Shown here: positions 25,684 through 34,597 of the stretch, one piece after another
Position numbering within the stretch: the first letter of the stretch is position 1
How the letters are laid out: every line of letters begins with the position of its first letter
Assembly: GCA_035534595.1 (NCBI GenBank)
Contig: DATLRR010000017.1
Span: forward strand, 24,172 to 88,171
Length of the DNA: 64,000 bases
Origin: Nitrososphaerales archaeon
GTDB taxonomy: Archaea > Thermoproteota > Nitrososphaeria > Nitrososphaerales > Gagatemarchaeaceae
Direction of reading: 5' to 3'
Notes under the pieces: generated by a model
Databases searched by the model: none
Told to the model about the DNA's origin: nothing
Seen by the model: the letters and a program-made list of their open reading frames with translations, nothing else
Made by a program: the position numbers and the translations under genes

Positions 25684-26685
25684 CTAGGGCGCCTCCGAAT
25701 GTGACTCCCTTCTGATCTTCGTCCCCAGGATGACCTCGAGGATGTCGGTCACGGTGACCATCCCCGTGAGTCTTCCCCCTTCGGATACGAACGCCATCGT
25801 CACGCCAGCCTTTTGCATCTTGTCCATCACCGACGCCGCCGACTCGTCCGCGTCCACCTTCGCGGGCTGGACCATGTAGCGGACTACGCCCTCGGATATT
25901 CCATCGGAGTTGAACGCCCTGAACAACGAGCGGAACGTGACCGCGCCTAAGTATGTCCCGGCCTTGGCGTCATAGACCGGAAGGTGGGGGTGGTTCGACT
26001 TGCCCATCAGCCGGAGCGCGTCCTTCACGTCGGAGCCGACGTTCACGGCGACTATCTCGCCGATCGGCGTGAGAAGGTCCCCCGCCGTCGTCTTCGAAGA
26101 CGCCAGGGCCGACCGGAGTATCCTGCCGGAGTCGGGCTCTATCTCCCCCGCCCTCTCGAGCATTATGAGGAGGCTCTCGAACTCGTCGACGAGCGCCCCC
26201 TTGTCGTAGGCGGGCTTCCCGACGACCGCCTGTGACAGGGTCTTTGCCAGCTTGGTGAGGGGGACCGCGGCGGGAGAGAGGACCGTCAGCAGCAGCCCGG
26301 TGCTGGGAGAGAGGAACAGCGCCATCCGCACCGAGTTCTCGATGCCTATCGCCTTCGGGAGGAGGTTGAGGAAGACCATTATGGCGAGCGCGGCGATGAC
26401 CACAGTGAAGATCCAGCCCTCGGGCCCGAAGGCGCTCGAGAGGATCAGCCCCGTCGCGCTGGTGAGGATGACGTCCGTGAAGGTGGAGATGAGCGTCGTG
26501 GTGCTGACGAGCTTGGTCCTCTCGCCGACTATCTTGATCGCCTTGGTCGCCTTCGAGTTCCCGCCGGTGCTCTCCGTCGTCAGGGAGAGCGGCCTGACGG
26601 TGAGGAAGGTCGCCTCGACCAATGACATCCAGAAGGAGACGGCGACCGCCACGCCCAGGGCGAGGTAGACAAACCAGTAGACCAT
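25684..26685 (-). CDS. CNNM/DUF21 membrane domain plus CBS-pair protein (CorC/TlyC-like divalent cation transport)
   Basis: An N-terminal 4-TM DUF21-like region is followed by two CBS-like repeats (...IVAVNVGSDVKDAL...; ...MAFVSEGGRLTGMVTVTDIL). Confidence 0.8.
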   Translation of the reverse strand: MVYWFVYLALGVAVAVSFWMSLVEATFLTVRPLSLTTESTGGNSKATKAIKIVGERTKLVSTTTLISTFTDVILTSATGLILSSAFGPEGWIFTVVIAALAIMVFLNLLPKAIGIENSVRMALFLSPSTGLLLTVLSPAAVPLTKLAKTLSQAVVGKPAYDKGALVDEFESLLIMLERAGEIEPDSGRILRSALASSKTTAGDLLTPIGEIVAVNVGSDVKDALRLMGKSNHPHLPVYDAKAGTYLGAVTFRSLFRAFNSDGISEGVVRYMVQPAKVDADESAASVMDKMQKAGVTMAFVSEGGRLTGMVTVTDILEVILGTKIRRESHSEAP

Positions 26686-26959
26686 CTACGACCCGAATTC
26701 GCAATGCCGAGCTAATAAACACGCGTTCCTATTTGGTGCAATACAGAGTGACGAAGTAGCAGGCGAAGGCGAACTCGAAGGTCCCGCCCATCTGCATGGA
26801 GCTGCCGCCGCTTGTGAAGCCTGAGAGCACGAAGAGATATCCTCCGAGCCCCGCGATCCTGCGCCTCCCCTTTGGCCAGATGTCGGGGCCGCCTTCGGCA
26901 GCTGACCATCGAGAGTGCCCTCCTAAAGGATATAATGCTCTTGGGCGGGCGAGGTTGCG

Positions 26960-27937
26960 ATGAAAGTCGTCGAATCGATACGCGGAGCCATGGACGCCTT
27001 CGACGCGTTCTACGACTCCACCGCCAAGCAGGAGACCGACGACGCCAAGCGGAAAGCGATAGCCCAGATCGTCCGGTCGAAGGGAGACTGGGGGACCCCG
27101 AAGGGGCTGGAGGTCTTGGCCGCGAGGCTCACCGACCTGGTGGTCTCGAGCATGGAGGAGACCAGGGCCATGACCGGCCCCGAAGTGGGCCAGCTGATCC
27201 TCGCCGTCCTCGGGACTGACCCCAACTCGGTCGACGCGACGATGAGGAGGAGGGTGCTGCTTGACAGGCTCGAGGGACTCGTCAGCGAAGCCGCCGACGG
27301 AGCCAAGCTCTTCCCCGCGAAGCAGACGGAGGAGTGGGGCAGCCACGACTCGGTCTTCTCCAGGGAGATCGATGGATGGGAGGTCACGCTGGGTTACTTC
27401 CCCGAGTACCTGCGCCCTAGGGTGATCTACGGCAAGGTGGGGGTGTCCCCGCAGGTCACCAAGAACCTCGCCATGTCCGCCAGGTACCACCTCGCCAAGC
27501 ACCACCTGGTCGCGAAGAACGGCGACGACGACCCGTCGCTCCTGAAGTTCATGAAGAGCAGGGAGCTCGACAAGCTCGCGAGCCTCTACGGCATCTCGTA
27601 CGAGCTTCCCCCGCTAGGCAGCAACCCCCGAGGGCAGACCCACAGCGCGATGGGCGGCTACAGCGTGATGGTGGCGTCCCTCGAGAATGACCTGCGCAAC
27701 TCGCCCTACTCCGCGGAGAAGCTCCTCGGCACGGTAAGCGGTGTGAACGTCTTCCACGAGGACGAGGGCATCAGCGTCCACGTGATAGCGGACTTCCCGA
27801 GGGGGAAGCCCGACATCGGGCAGAACCTGACGTTCGTCTTCGCGGCGGACTTCTTCAAGCTCTCGAGGCAGGAGTGGCAGGACTTCAAGAAGATACCACC
27901 GCTCGCGATCGCCGCGCTAGAGCCCCTGATGGACTAG
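26960..27937 (+). CDS. hypothetical protein (325 aa)
   Basis: ATG-led ORF with native codon usage. No family recognised. Confidence 0.65.
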   Translation: MKVVESIRGAMDAFDAFYDSTAKQETDDAKRKAIAQIVRSKGDWGTPKGLEVLAARLTDLVVSSMEETRAMTGPEVGQLILAVLGTDPNSVDATMRRRVLLDRLEGLVSEAADGAKLFPAKQTEEWGSHDSVFSREIDGWEVTLGYFPEYLRPRVIYGKVGVSPQVTKNLAMSARYHLAKHHLVAKNGDDDPSLLKFMKSRELDKLASLYGISYELPPLGSNPRGQTHSAMGGYSVMVASLENDLRNSPYSAEKLLGTVSGVNVFHEDEGISVHVIADFPRGKPDIGQNLTFVFAADFFKLSRQEWQDFKKIPPLAIAALEPLMD

Positions 27938-27948
27938 GGCCGACCTCG

Positions 27949-28416
27949 CTACGGCGGTCCGCCCTTCGCCTTCTCGACCAGCTTCTCGAGCCAGACCCGC
28001 TGCATCCTCCCCATGAACTTCGGCCTGAGCGCTTCGTTCAGGCGCGCCACCCACCCGTTCTGATTCTCCTCGGTCAGGACGCGGCACCCGGACGGTCGCC
28101 TCTCGATGAGCCAGGCGTGGTAGGCGTCGATGCCCGTGGAGCGCGCGCTCCAGGCGATCCGCTCGAACTCCACGAACTCCTCGACCTTCGAGTCGAGCCT
28201 GACTCCGAAGGTCTTCCAGCGGAACCTCGACCCGGGCTTCAGGTCGTGTCCCCCGCCATCGATCACGACGTCGGTGAAGCCCGGATACCAGGTAGGCCAG
28301 AGCTCGGCGCGCACCAGCCAGGGCCAGACGGCCTCCGGCGGGACGGGCATCTCCAGTTCGGTGCGCGCGTGGACCGCGGTCCGTTCGGGCTTGTACTTGT
28401 CAGGCCACCGTATCAA
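27949..28416 (-). CDS. SRPBCC (START/polyketide-cyclase-like) family protein
   Basis: ...PPEAVWPWLVRAELWPTWYPG...RIAWSA... is the typical pattern. Confidence 0.7.
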   Translation of the reverse strand: MIRWPDKYKPERTAVHARTELEMPVPPEAVWPWLVRAELWPTWYPGFTDVVIDGGGHDLKPGSRFRWKTFGVRLDSKVEEFVEFERIAWSARSTGIDAYHAWLIERRPSGCRVLTEENQNGWVARLNEALRPKFMGRMQRVWLEKLVEKAKGGPP

Positions 28417-28458
28417 TCCCGCTCGCGAGGACGAGGGTCTGCGCCGATATTTAGCTGC

Positions 28459-28797
28459 CTAATCGCGCTCGAGCGCGTGAGGCAGGTCCTCGTAGATGGA
28501 CAGGTCGTGCGCTATCGTCTCGCCGTAGCCGTTCTTGTTTCCGTCCGAGTAGGTGATCACCGCGGTGAACTTGGTCGGCTGCTTCGTCGAGAAGTAGGCC
28601 GCGGCGGAGCCCACCAGGATGCGGAACTCCCTCCCAGGGGGGATGAACTCGAGGCTGCGGAAGACGTTGAGGTCGTTGATGGTCTTCTTCCCGTCGGGGC
28701 CGATTATTCTCCCTCCTATCTTCGTGATGACCTTGACGGCGGGCTCGTCCCCGATGTTCTTTAGGACGAAGTGGAAGAACCCCCTCTCTAGCTCCAC
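28459..28797 (-). CDS. hypothetical beta-rich protein (112 aa) downstream of the tail-tube gene
   Basis: FHFVLKNIGDEPAVKVITKI...TAVITYSDGNKNGY has a beta-sandwich-like pattern. No signal peptide. Confidence 0.6.
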   Translation of the reverse strand: MELERGFFHFVLKNIGDEPAVKVITKIGGRIIGPDGKKTINDLNVFRSLEFIPPGREFRILVGSAAAYFSTKQPTKFTAVITYSDGNKNGYGETIAHDLSIYEDLPHALERD

Positions 28798-28875
28798 GTC
28801 CAGGATGACCCTGGGCCTTCCCCGGCTGGAGATTCCGGCGGCAGAGGGTCCTCGGTCCGTGCTCTTTCCCTTCGA

Positions 28876-29331
28876 CTAGGTTTCCTGCGAGAGGGCGGTC
28901 GTCATCTTCATCCCCTCGACCGCCAGCTCCAGGGTCTCTATCGCGAGGACGTTCGCCCTTCCTCCGAGGGGCGGCGACTCGTACTTCACGGGCCAGGCGT
29001 TCGAGAACTCCCAGGTGATGACCGGGACCCTGCCGCTGTCGAGGAGGGTCACCTTGACCGGCTGCGCCGTCCCCTCTCCAGTGACGAAGGTGGAGAACCA
29101 GTCCCAGAGCGCCATCGAGCTGGCGAGTCCCCGCTTGAGGACGAGGTTCCCGTACCTCACGAGGCCGGGAAGCTTGTGGATGTTGTTCACGACGTCGGCT
29201 CCCTGCCGGTACTCGATCACCTCGATCGATGCGACGGGCAGGATGCACTCCGTGAAGGCCGCCTGCTGGATTCCCAAGAACTCGACCTTGAAGTTGTATG
29301 AGGCATATGGGTTCGGGCTGCTCACGGACAA
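28876..29331 (-). CDS. contractile-injection-system / phage tail tube protein (T4 gp19-like, 'conserved phage tail region protein' family)
   Basis: YNFKVEFLG...FTEC...IEVIEYRQG...HKLPGLVRYGNLVLKRG...LWDW...WEFSNAWPVKYESPPL...AIETLELAVEG. Confidence 0.85.
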   Translation of the reverse strand: MSVSSPNPYASYNFKVEFLGIQQAAFTECILPVASIEVIEYRQGADVVNNIHKLPGLVRYGNLVLKRGLASSMALWDWFSTFVTGEGTAQPVKVTLLDSGRVPVITWEFSNAWPVKYESPPLGGRANVLAIETLELAVEGMKMTTALSQET

Positions 29332-29540
29332 TATGACTACGCCTAGGAAGAGGCCCGATTTGGCGACTTAAACCCTCTCATGACTCTCCGACCCTCTTGA
29401 GGACGCGAAGCGCGCACAGCGTGATCCACTTGCTCGGCTTCCCCTCCTCCTCGAGAGCCAGAGGCCTGACCTTGCTCTTGTCCATGCGATACCCCGCGCC
29501 CACGCCCAAGTCCTTCCGGACCGTCTCCCTCACACCTACG

Positions 29541-30276
29541 TCACGGCTTCGACGGGAGCGAGGAGCTTCGCGGCGCCGGTGGCATGCCCTTGAGTCCTGT
29601 CATCCGTCTCGCGAGCAGGTAGATCGAGGCCCCAGCGAGGAACACGATAGGCAGCGTCCAAGCGATGGGGAACTCCGGTACGGACACGGGGGCGTCGGAT
29701 ATCACCGAGACTGTGTTGGAACCGAAATTCGCCACGAAGACCTCCCCCTGGCCCGAGTCGTAGGCTGCGCCGTCAGGACTGCTTCCGACGTTAACGGTCG
29801 CCACGACCGAGTTCGTCGCGTCGGAAATCACGGAGACCGTGTTGGAATTACTCGACCACGAACACCTCACCCTTGCCCGAGTCGTAGGCTACGGCGTAAG
29901 GATTGGCGACGACGCTGACAGTCGCGACGACTGCGTTTGTCGTGTCGGATATCACCGAGAGGGTGTTGGAAAGATCATTCGCCACGAAGACCTCCCCCTT
30001 GCCCGAGTCGTAGGCTAGGGCGCAAGGAACGCTTCCGACGCTGACAGTCGCGACGACTGCGTTTGTCGTGTCGGATATCACCGAGAGGGTGCCGGCACCA
30101 TCAATGCCCACGAAGATCTCACCCTTGCCGGAGTCGTAGGCTACGGCGCAAGGTTCGCTTCCGACGCTGACAGTCGCCACGACCCCCACGGCGTACACAA
30201 AAGGCGCAGAGAACGTAAGCATGGCGATGAGGAGGCCAAGTGACGCGATGACAACCCTTCGAGAAGAAACCCTCAA
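29541..30276 (-). pseudogene. YVTN-repeat beta-propeller surface protein with PEF-CTERM-like anchor, frame-disrupted
   Basis: Track ORFs 29848..30276 and 29541..29870 are two frames of one gene (signal peptide, repeats of SVISDTTNAVVATVSVGS.P.A.AYDSGKGEVFV, then VPEFPIAWTLPIVFLAGASIYLLARR). One repeat unit is 124 nt instead of 126 nt. Confidence 0.8.
29690..30190 (-). repeat. tandem 126-nt (42-aa) coding repeats
   Basis: Units start at 29787, 29911, 30037 and 30163. The first 55 nt of the units at 29911 and 30037 are identical. Confidence 0.85.
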
Positions 30277-30920
30277 CCAACTTCGTTGGTTCGGGCATTT
30301 TTAAAACGTTGTTGCTAGAGTCTCCCCCATCTTTCTTGTCAGACTCCCCAACCGTAGGAAGGTGAAACAATCCTGCCGAGACGTGAGACGGCCACCGCAG
30401 GAGGCGAGTCACGGCCTTCCAATCTCGCATTTCTCGTCCCGCACTCGCCGACCTTCAATCCAACCGTGGAGAAACCGCCTTGCGTATGTCACCCGGCGAG
30501 ACCTGCAGGTCTGCCGAAGAGAGGACACCGTCCTAATCAGCCACACGCGCCATTGATGGCAGCATATCCACTTTCGCCGACCTTATTCCAGCTGGTCTCC
30601 TCCTCTCTCGGTTTACGCCGCCTCCCGTTGTCTCGGCCTTGTGATCGCAGGATTTCCGCATCCGTAGTCTGGACCTTCTCGTAGATCTCTTTGCCATGGC
30701 AGGCGTTGCCGCATGTGGTAGGTGGAGAACCAGATTCGCGTAGGATTCGCTTGAAGTATTAATTGCATCCCTTCCGGCCCACTCATACTTTGTTTCGAAT
30801 CCCAGCGTCCGCCCACTCTTCTCGCTAAAGGAGCAATGCGTTTCCTGCAGTTCAGGCCGCCGGTTTCGTCGCAAACCCCGAGAATGCTAAAGAGGAAGAC
30901 GGCCCACGGCGTCCGATGAG

Positions 30921-31691
30921 TTGACACCGGTCGCTAGGCCGCAGGACGAGGCCAGGAGGCTGCTCAAGGCCTCCTCGGAGGAGGGGGTCGTCCTGAAGCT
31001 CATCGGAGGCGTCGCGGTGGCGATCAGGTGCCCCTCCGCGAGCAGGGAAGGCCTCCGGCGCAGTTACGCCGACCTGGACTTCGTCGGCCACGAGAAGCAG
31101 TCGAGAGCGATCGCCGATTTCTTCGTCGAGATGGGATACCGGCCGCGGGCGAGGTTCAACGCCATGATGGGGGGCAAGAGGCTGATCTTCAACGACCTGA
31201 CCAACGAGCGGCGGGCCGACGTCTTCCTCGACGTCTTCGAGATGTGCCACAAGTTCAACTTCGGCGAAAGGCTCGACCTTGAGCCGCTCACCCTCCCCCT
31301 GGCGGACCTGCTCGCGACCAAGCTCCAGATCGTCCAGATCAACGAGAAGGACTTCCGTGACTCGACGACCCTCTTGCTGGACCACGACGTCGGGCCGGGA
31401 GACGGAGAGACGATAAACGGGCATTACCTGGCGCGGCTCTGCTCCAATGACTGGGGAGCGTACAAGACCTTCACGATGAACCTAGAGCGGCTCGAGGCTT
31501 CGATCGACATCTACGGTCTGACCTCGCCGGAGATGGAGACGGCGAAGGCGAGGATAGGAAGGCTCGCCGAGATGATAGAGAAGGAGCCGAAGAGTCTCGC
31601 CTGGAAGATGAGGGCGCGGGTTGGAGAGAGGAAGACCTGGTACGAGCTTCCGGAGGCTGACGAGCAGCTCGTCGTCGGCTCCCTCGACTGA
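30921..31691 (+). CDS. putative nucleotidyltransferase-fold protein
   Basis: LKLIGGVAVAIRC...YADLDFVG has a GG...DxD-like pattern. TTG start. Confidence 0.55.
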   Translation: MTPVARPQDEARRLLKASSEEGVVLKLIGGVAVAIRCPSASREGLRRSYADLDFVGHEKQSRAIADFFVEMGYRPRARFNAMMGGKRLIFNDLTNERRADVFLDVFEMCHKFNFGERLDLEPLTLPLADLLATKLQIVQINEKDFRDSTTLLLDHDVGPGDGETINGHYLARLCSNDWGAYKTFTMNLERLEASIDIYGLTSPEMETAKARIGRLAEMIEKEPKSLAWKMRARVGERKTWYELPEADEQLVVGSLD

Positions 31692-31692
31692 G

Positions 31693-32643
31693 TCAGCCTG
31701 ATGTCAGCAGGTATGACTTTATCCTGTCTCCATCCAGGTCAGCCAGGAAGCCACGGAGTATCCCCTCGGCGTACTCGCTCCCAGGGTTGGCGCAGAGCGT
31801 CCTTCCCAGCTTGGCGACCCCTCGAGACTCGTGGATGTGCCCGTGCAGCCCCAACATCGGCTGATACTTTGTGATGGCCGCCCTGCAGGCCGTGCTTCCC
31901 GCCGACGTCATCTCCACGTTCCCAGCCTTCACGACTATCTTGAGGTTCTCGTCGATGCGCGGTGCCTTGTCGATGGGGGTGTCTATCGGGGGGACGTGTA
32001 TGTTGAAGATCGCGGAGCCCATCCTCCGCACCTTGTCGGCCATGTCCAAGATCTTCTTTGCGAGGACGTCCTCGTCAACCTCTCTTGGGCTGTTCCAGGG
32101 CGTGTGGTTCGTGGTCCCGAGGGTTATCATCTCGTGCCCGGGGTCAACCTCTACGACCCGCTCCTCGGGATTGACGATGTAGTCAGAAGAGCTGAGCACC
32201 GGGTCGATGTCGAAGAGGTCGTCGTTGCCCGGAGAAATGTAGCACCTCACATCGGTCCTGCCAAGCCGCTCCTTCGCCAGCGAGACCCACTCCTGCACCC
32301 TCTCCACCATGAGCTTGGTGAAGAGCTGCTTGACCTGTTCGGGGTCGGCTTTCAGCTCCTCAAACTCCGGAGGGCTGACGATGTGAGTATACGTCCCAGC
32401 GTCCGCCGCCTTCTTCCTGAACTCGTGCACCTCCTCCATGCCGGTCATCACGACCTCGGCGCCCTGATACGAGCAACTGAAGCTCCCGTTGTCCTCGACT
32501 ATGGGCGTCATCACCTTGCCCGTGATGTCCCCTCCCAGGACCAGGATGTCCGCCTTGTAGAACGCCGCCGCGTTCAGGAACTTCCTGAAGCACTTGCTGG
32601 AGCCGTGCACGTCTGTGACGAAGTAGATCCTCGAACGCGCCAC
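31693..32643 (-). CDS. calcineurin-like metallophosphoesterase
   Basis: YFVTDVHGS, LGGDITGK, SPGNDD and GLHGHIHES motifs. Confidence 0.85.
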   Translation of the reverse strand: MARSRIYFVTDVHGSSKCFRKFLNAAAFYKADILVLGGDITGKVMTPIVEDNGSFSCSYQGAEVVMTGMEEVHEFRKKAADAGTYTHIVSPPEFEELKADPEQVKQLFTKLMVERVQEWVSLAKERLGRTDVRCYISPGNDDLFDIDPVLSSSDYIVNPEERVVEVDPGHEMITLGTTNHTPWNSPREVDEDVLAKKILDMADKVRRMGSAIFNIHVPPIDTPIDKAPRIDENLKIVVKAGNVEMTSAGSTACRAAITKYQPMLGLHGHIHESRGVAKLGRTLCANPGSEYAEGILRGFLADLDGDRIKSYLLTSG

Positions 32644-32784
32644 GGTCGTCGCTCAGTCTAGGAAACTAATTAACGTGGAGCGGACAGCCTTTCTGCAGCC
32701 ATCCTTCCATCTTGCTGACCAAAGCAGCCCTGGGAGATCGGGCAGGCTTTTTAGAAGCCCGCTGTCGGTGATGACGGACGACAG

Positions 32785-33708
32785 ATGCCTTCGCGCTCTA
32801 GGATCGGGCGGGACACATTTCATTACAAGTGGGCGAAGTCCCACAAGCCTGCCATATCGATACGCGATGGAGACACTGTGACCTTCGAGGTAAACGACGT
32901 CGCCTCTTGGCAGCTGACCCGGGATTCGAGGTCAGAGGACCTCAACCAACTCGACGACTCAAAGCTCTATCCTCTCGCCGGCCCTGTCTTCGTGGAAGGG
33001 GCAAAGCCGGGGGACGCGCTCGTGGTCGAGACGGTGAGGGTCAAGATAGATGATTTCGGCTGGTCGGCGATAATCCCTGGCTTTGGGCTGTTGGAGGAGT
33101 TCAAGAAACCGTATCTATACAAGTGGGACCTGAGAAACAAGAAGTTCGCCAGCTTCGAGAAGGGGATCAAGATTCCGATCCGGCCATTCTGCGGTGTGCT
33201 GGGGGTCGCCCCCCCGGAGAAGGGCTCCTTCGACGCGATGCCACCGGGGAAGCACGGCGGGAACCTGGACATCCGACACCTGACGGCCGGAAGCAGGATC
33301 AAGATACCGGTCTGGGTGGACGGCGCCCTCTTCTCGGCTGGGGACGTCCACGCCGCGATGGGCGACGGAGAGGTGTGCGTCTGCGCCATCGAGTGCGCGG
33401 GCGAGGCCACCCTGAGATTCACGCTCGAGCACAAGTCGAGCCTGCGCTGGCCGCAGTATCTCGCCGAAGGCGACCCGAAGCCAAAGAAGGGGTACTACGC
33501 CGCAACCGGTATCGCGCCGGACTTGATGCTGGCCGCCAAGGAATCGGTGCGCAACATGCTAGACTATCTCACGCTGACCTACGGCCTGACGAGAGAGGCT
33601 GCCTACGTCCTGTGCAGCGTCGCAGCCGACGTGAGGGTGCACGAGGTCGTCGACCAGCCGAACTGGGTGGTCGGCACTATGATCTCGCGCGACATATTCC
33701 CGGACTGA
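32785..33708 (+). CDS. acetamidase/formamidase-family amidohydrolase
   Basis: GPVFVEGAKPGDAL..., GGNLDIRHL and GDVHAAMGDGEVCVCAIE. Confidence 0.85.
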   Translation: MPSRSRIGRDTFHYKWAKSHKPAISIRDGDTVTFEVNDVASWQLTRDSRSEDLNQLDDSKLYPLAGPVFVEGAKPGDALVVETVRVKIDDFGWSAIIPGFGLLEEFKKPYLYKWDLRNKKFASFEKGIKIPIRPFCGVLGVAPPEKGSFDAMPPGKHGGNLDIRHLTAGSRIKIPVWVDGALFSAGDVHAAMGDGEVCVCAIECAGEATLRFTLEHKSSLRWPQYLAEGDPKPKKGYYAATGIAPDLMLAAKESVRNMLDYLTLTYGLTREAAYVLCSVAADVRVHEVVDQPNWVVGTMISRDIFPD

Positions 33709-33740
33709 TATCGGTCAACGGGCCCGAAGCGCCGCAGCCT

Positions 33741-33962
33741 TCACAGGCTCACTTCTACCACCTTGTCCCTGGACTTCGCCCCCTTTGCGATGCGTATCCT
33801 TGACTTTGGGACCTCGAAGTGCGCAGACAGGATCTCGACGAGCCTCTTGTTTGCCCGACCGCCTGTCGCCTTCTCGTCCACCCTCACCTCGAAGCTCGCT
33901 TCGCCGACCTCCGTGACGAGCGCCTCCCTCGCATTCGGTGTGACGTACACGCGGATGAGCAC
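33741..33962 (-). CDS. DUF167 (YggU) family protein
   Basis: IRVYVTPNAR...ATGGRANKRLVEILS...VPKSRIRIAKGAKSRDKVV. Confidence 0.8.
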   Translation of the reverse strand: MLIRVYVTPNAREALVTEVGEASFEVRVDEKATGGRANKRLVEILSAHFEVPKSRIRIAKGAKSRDKVVEVSL

Positions 33963-34273
33963 GCCTTGACGCTGGTCGCGCCTCGCGTAAACATTGCTGA
34001 ACCAGGCAGAGACTGTTCGCGAGAGTTGTTCGGCTGCTCTTCGATCTGGGATTCGTCTCGCGCTCCCCCCTCAAAAAACCGTCGCCTTCCGTCATGCGTC
34101 GAGGCGGCGGTCCACAAGCCGTAGCGGCGTATCCTGAAACGGAGATGCAGGCACGCCCGCTGCGACCCAGTCAGCCGTGAAGTGGCTGCCTCCCGAGATG
34201 GGAGATGGGACGGCCCTTCCAAGGGAGGAGCCCTAGGCAAAGTCAAAATACCCTCGACCTGCTCGGGAAAGCA

Positions 34274-34573
34274 ATGAGCTCCGACGGCGACGAGCGAGAC
34301 GCGGAGGCGGTCGTCCAAGAACGCGAGGTAGCGGCCGAGCCGGGCGTCGAAGCGGTAGAAGAGGTCGAGGAAGAAGCAGAGGGGCACGAAGAAGAGGTGG
34401 AGGAAGAGACCGAAGAGAAGGAATCAGAAAAGATTGAGGACAGGCTCGACCAGAAGGTCAGCGCCGAGAGCCGCCCCGTAAGCGCCAGGAGGAGGAGCGG
34501 CAAGAAGAAGGCGAAAGCGAAGAAGCCTTCCCCAAAGAGGGCCAAGCGCAGGTCCAAGCCCAAACGACGATAA
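34274..34573 (+). CDS. hypothetical low-complexity protein (acidic N-half, Lys/Arg-rich C-tail)
   Basis: MSSDGDERDAE...EEVEEEAEGHEEEVEEETEEKESEK...RRRSGKKKAKAKKPSPKRAKRRSKPKRR. Coding status is uncertain. Confidence 0.35.
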   Translation: MSSDGDERDAEAVVQEREVAAEPGVEAVEEVEEEAEGHEEEVEEETEEKESEKIEDRLDQKVSAESRPVSARRRSGKKKAKAKKPSPKRAKRRSKPKRR

Positions 34574-34597
34574 CGGACGCATCCTGAGCCTTGGGGG

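Noticed and set aside
26712-27505. Minus-strand ORFs 26712..26909 and 26729..27505, including a hydrophobic tail (...YLFVLSGFTSGGSSMQMGGTFEFAFACYFVTLYCTK).
   Set aside because: The long ORF is antisense to the well-formed 26960..27937 gene. A short peptide gene at 26729..26860 cannot be excluded, but it has no identifiable start or SD.
30743-30754. Solo IS6 terminal repeat (GGATTC-GCTTGA versus GGATTCTGCTTGA at 63115).
   Set aside because: This is a 13/14 match with one gap over a short stretch, and the flanking sequence is unrelated to the IS leader. It could easily be chance.
30794-30815. tRNA gene at TTCGAATCCCAGCGTCCGCCCA.
   Set aside because: Only a T-loop plus 3'-acceptor-like half is present. 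The would-be T-stem (TTTGT/CCCAG) does not pair, and no 5' acceptor strand (GCGGACG) lies upstream. I kept it only as a possible att-like fragment in the findings.
32766-32776. C-box-like GTGATGA suggesting a C/D box sRNA.
   Set aside because: No D box (CTGA) lies at the right distance, no terminal stem is present, and the motif lies just upstream of the acetamidase start.
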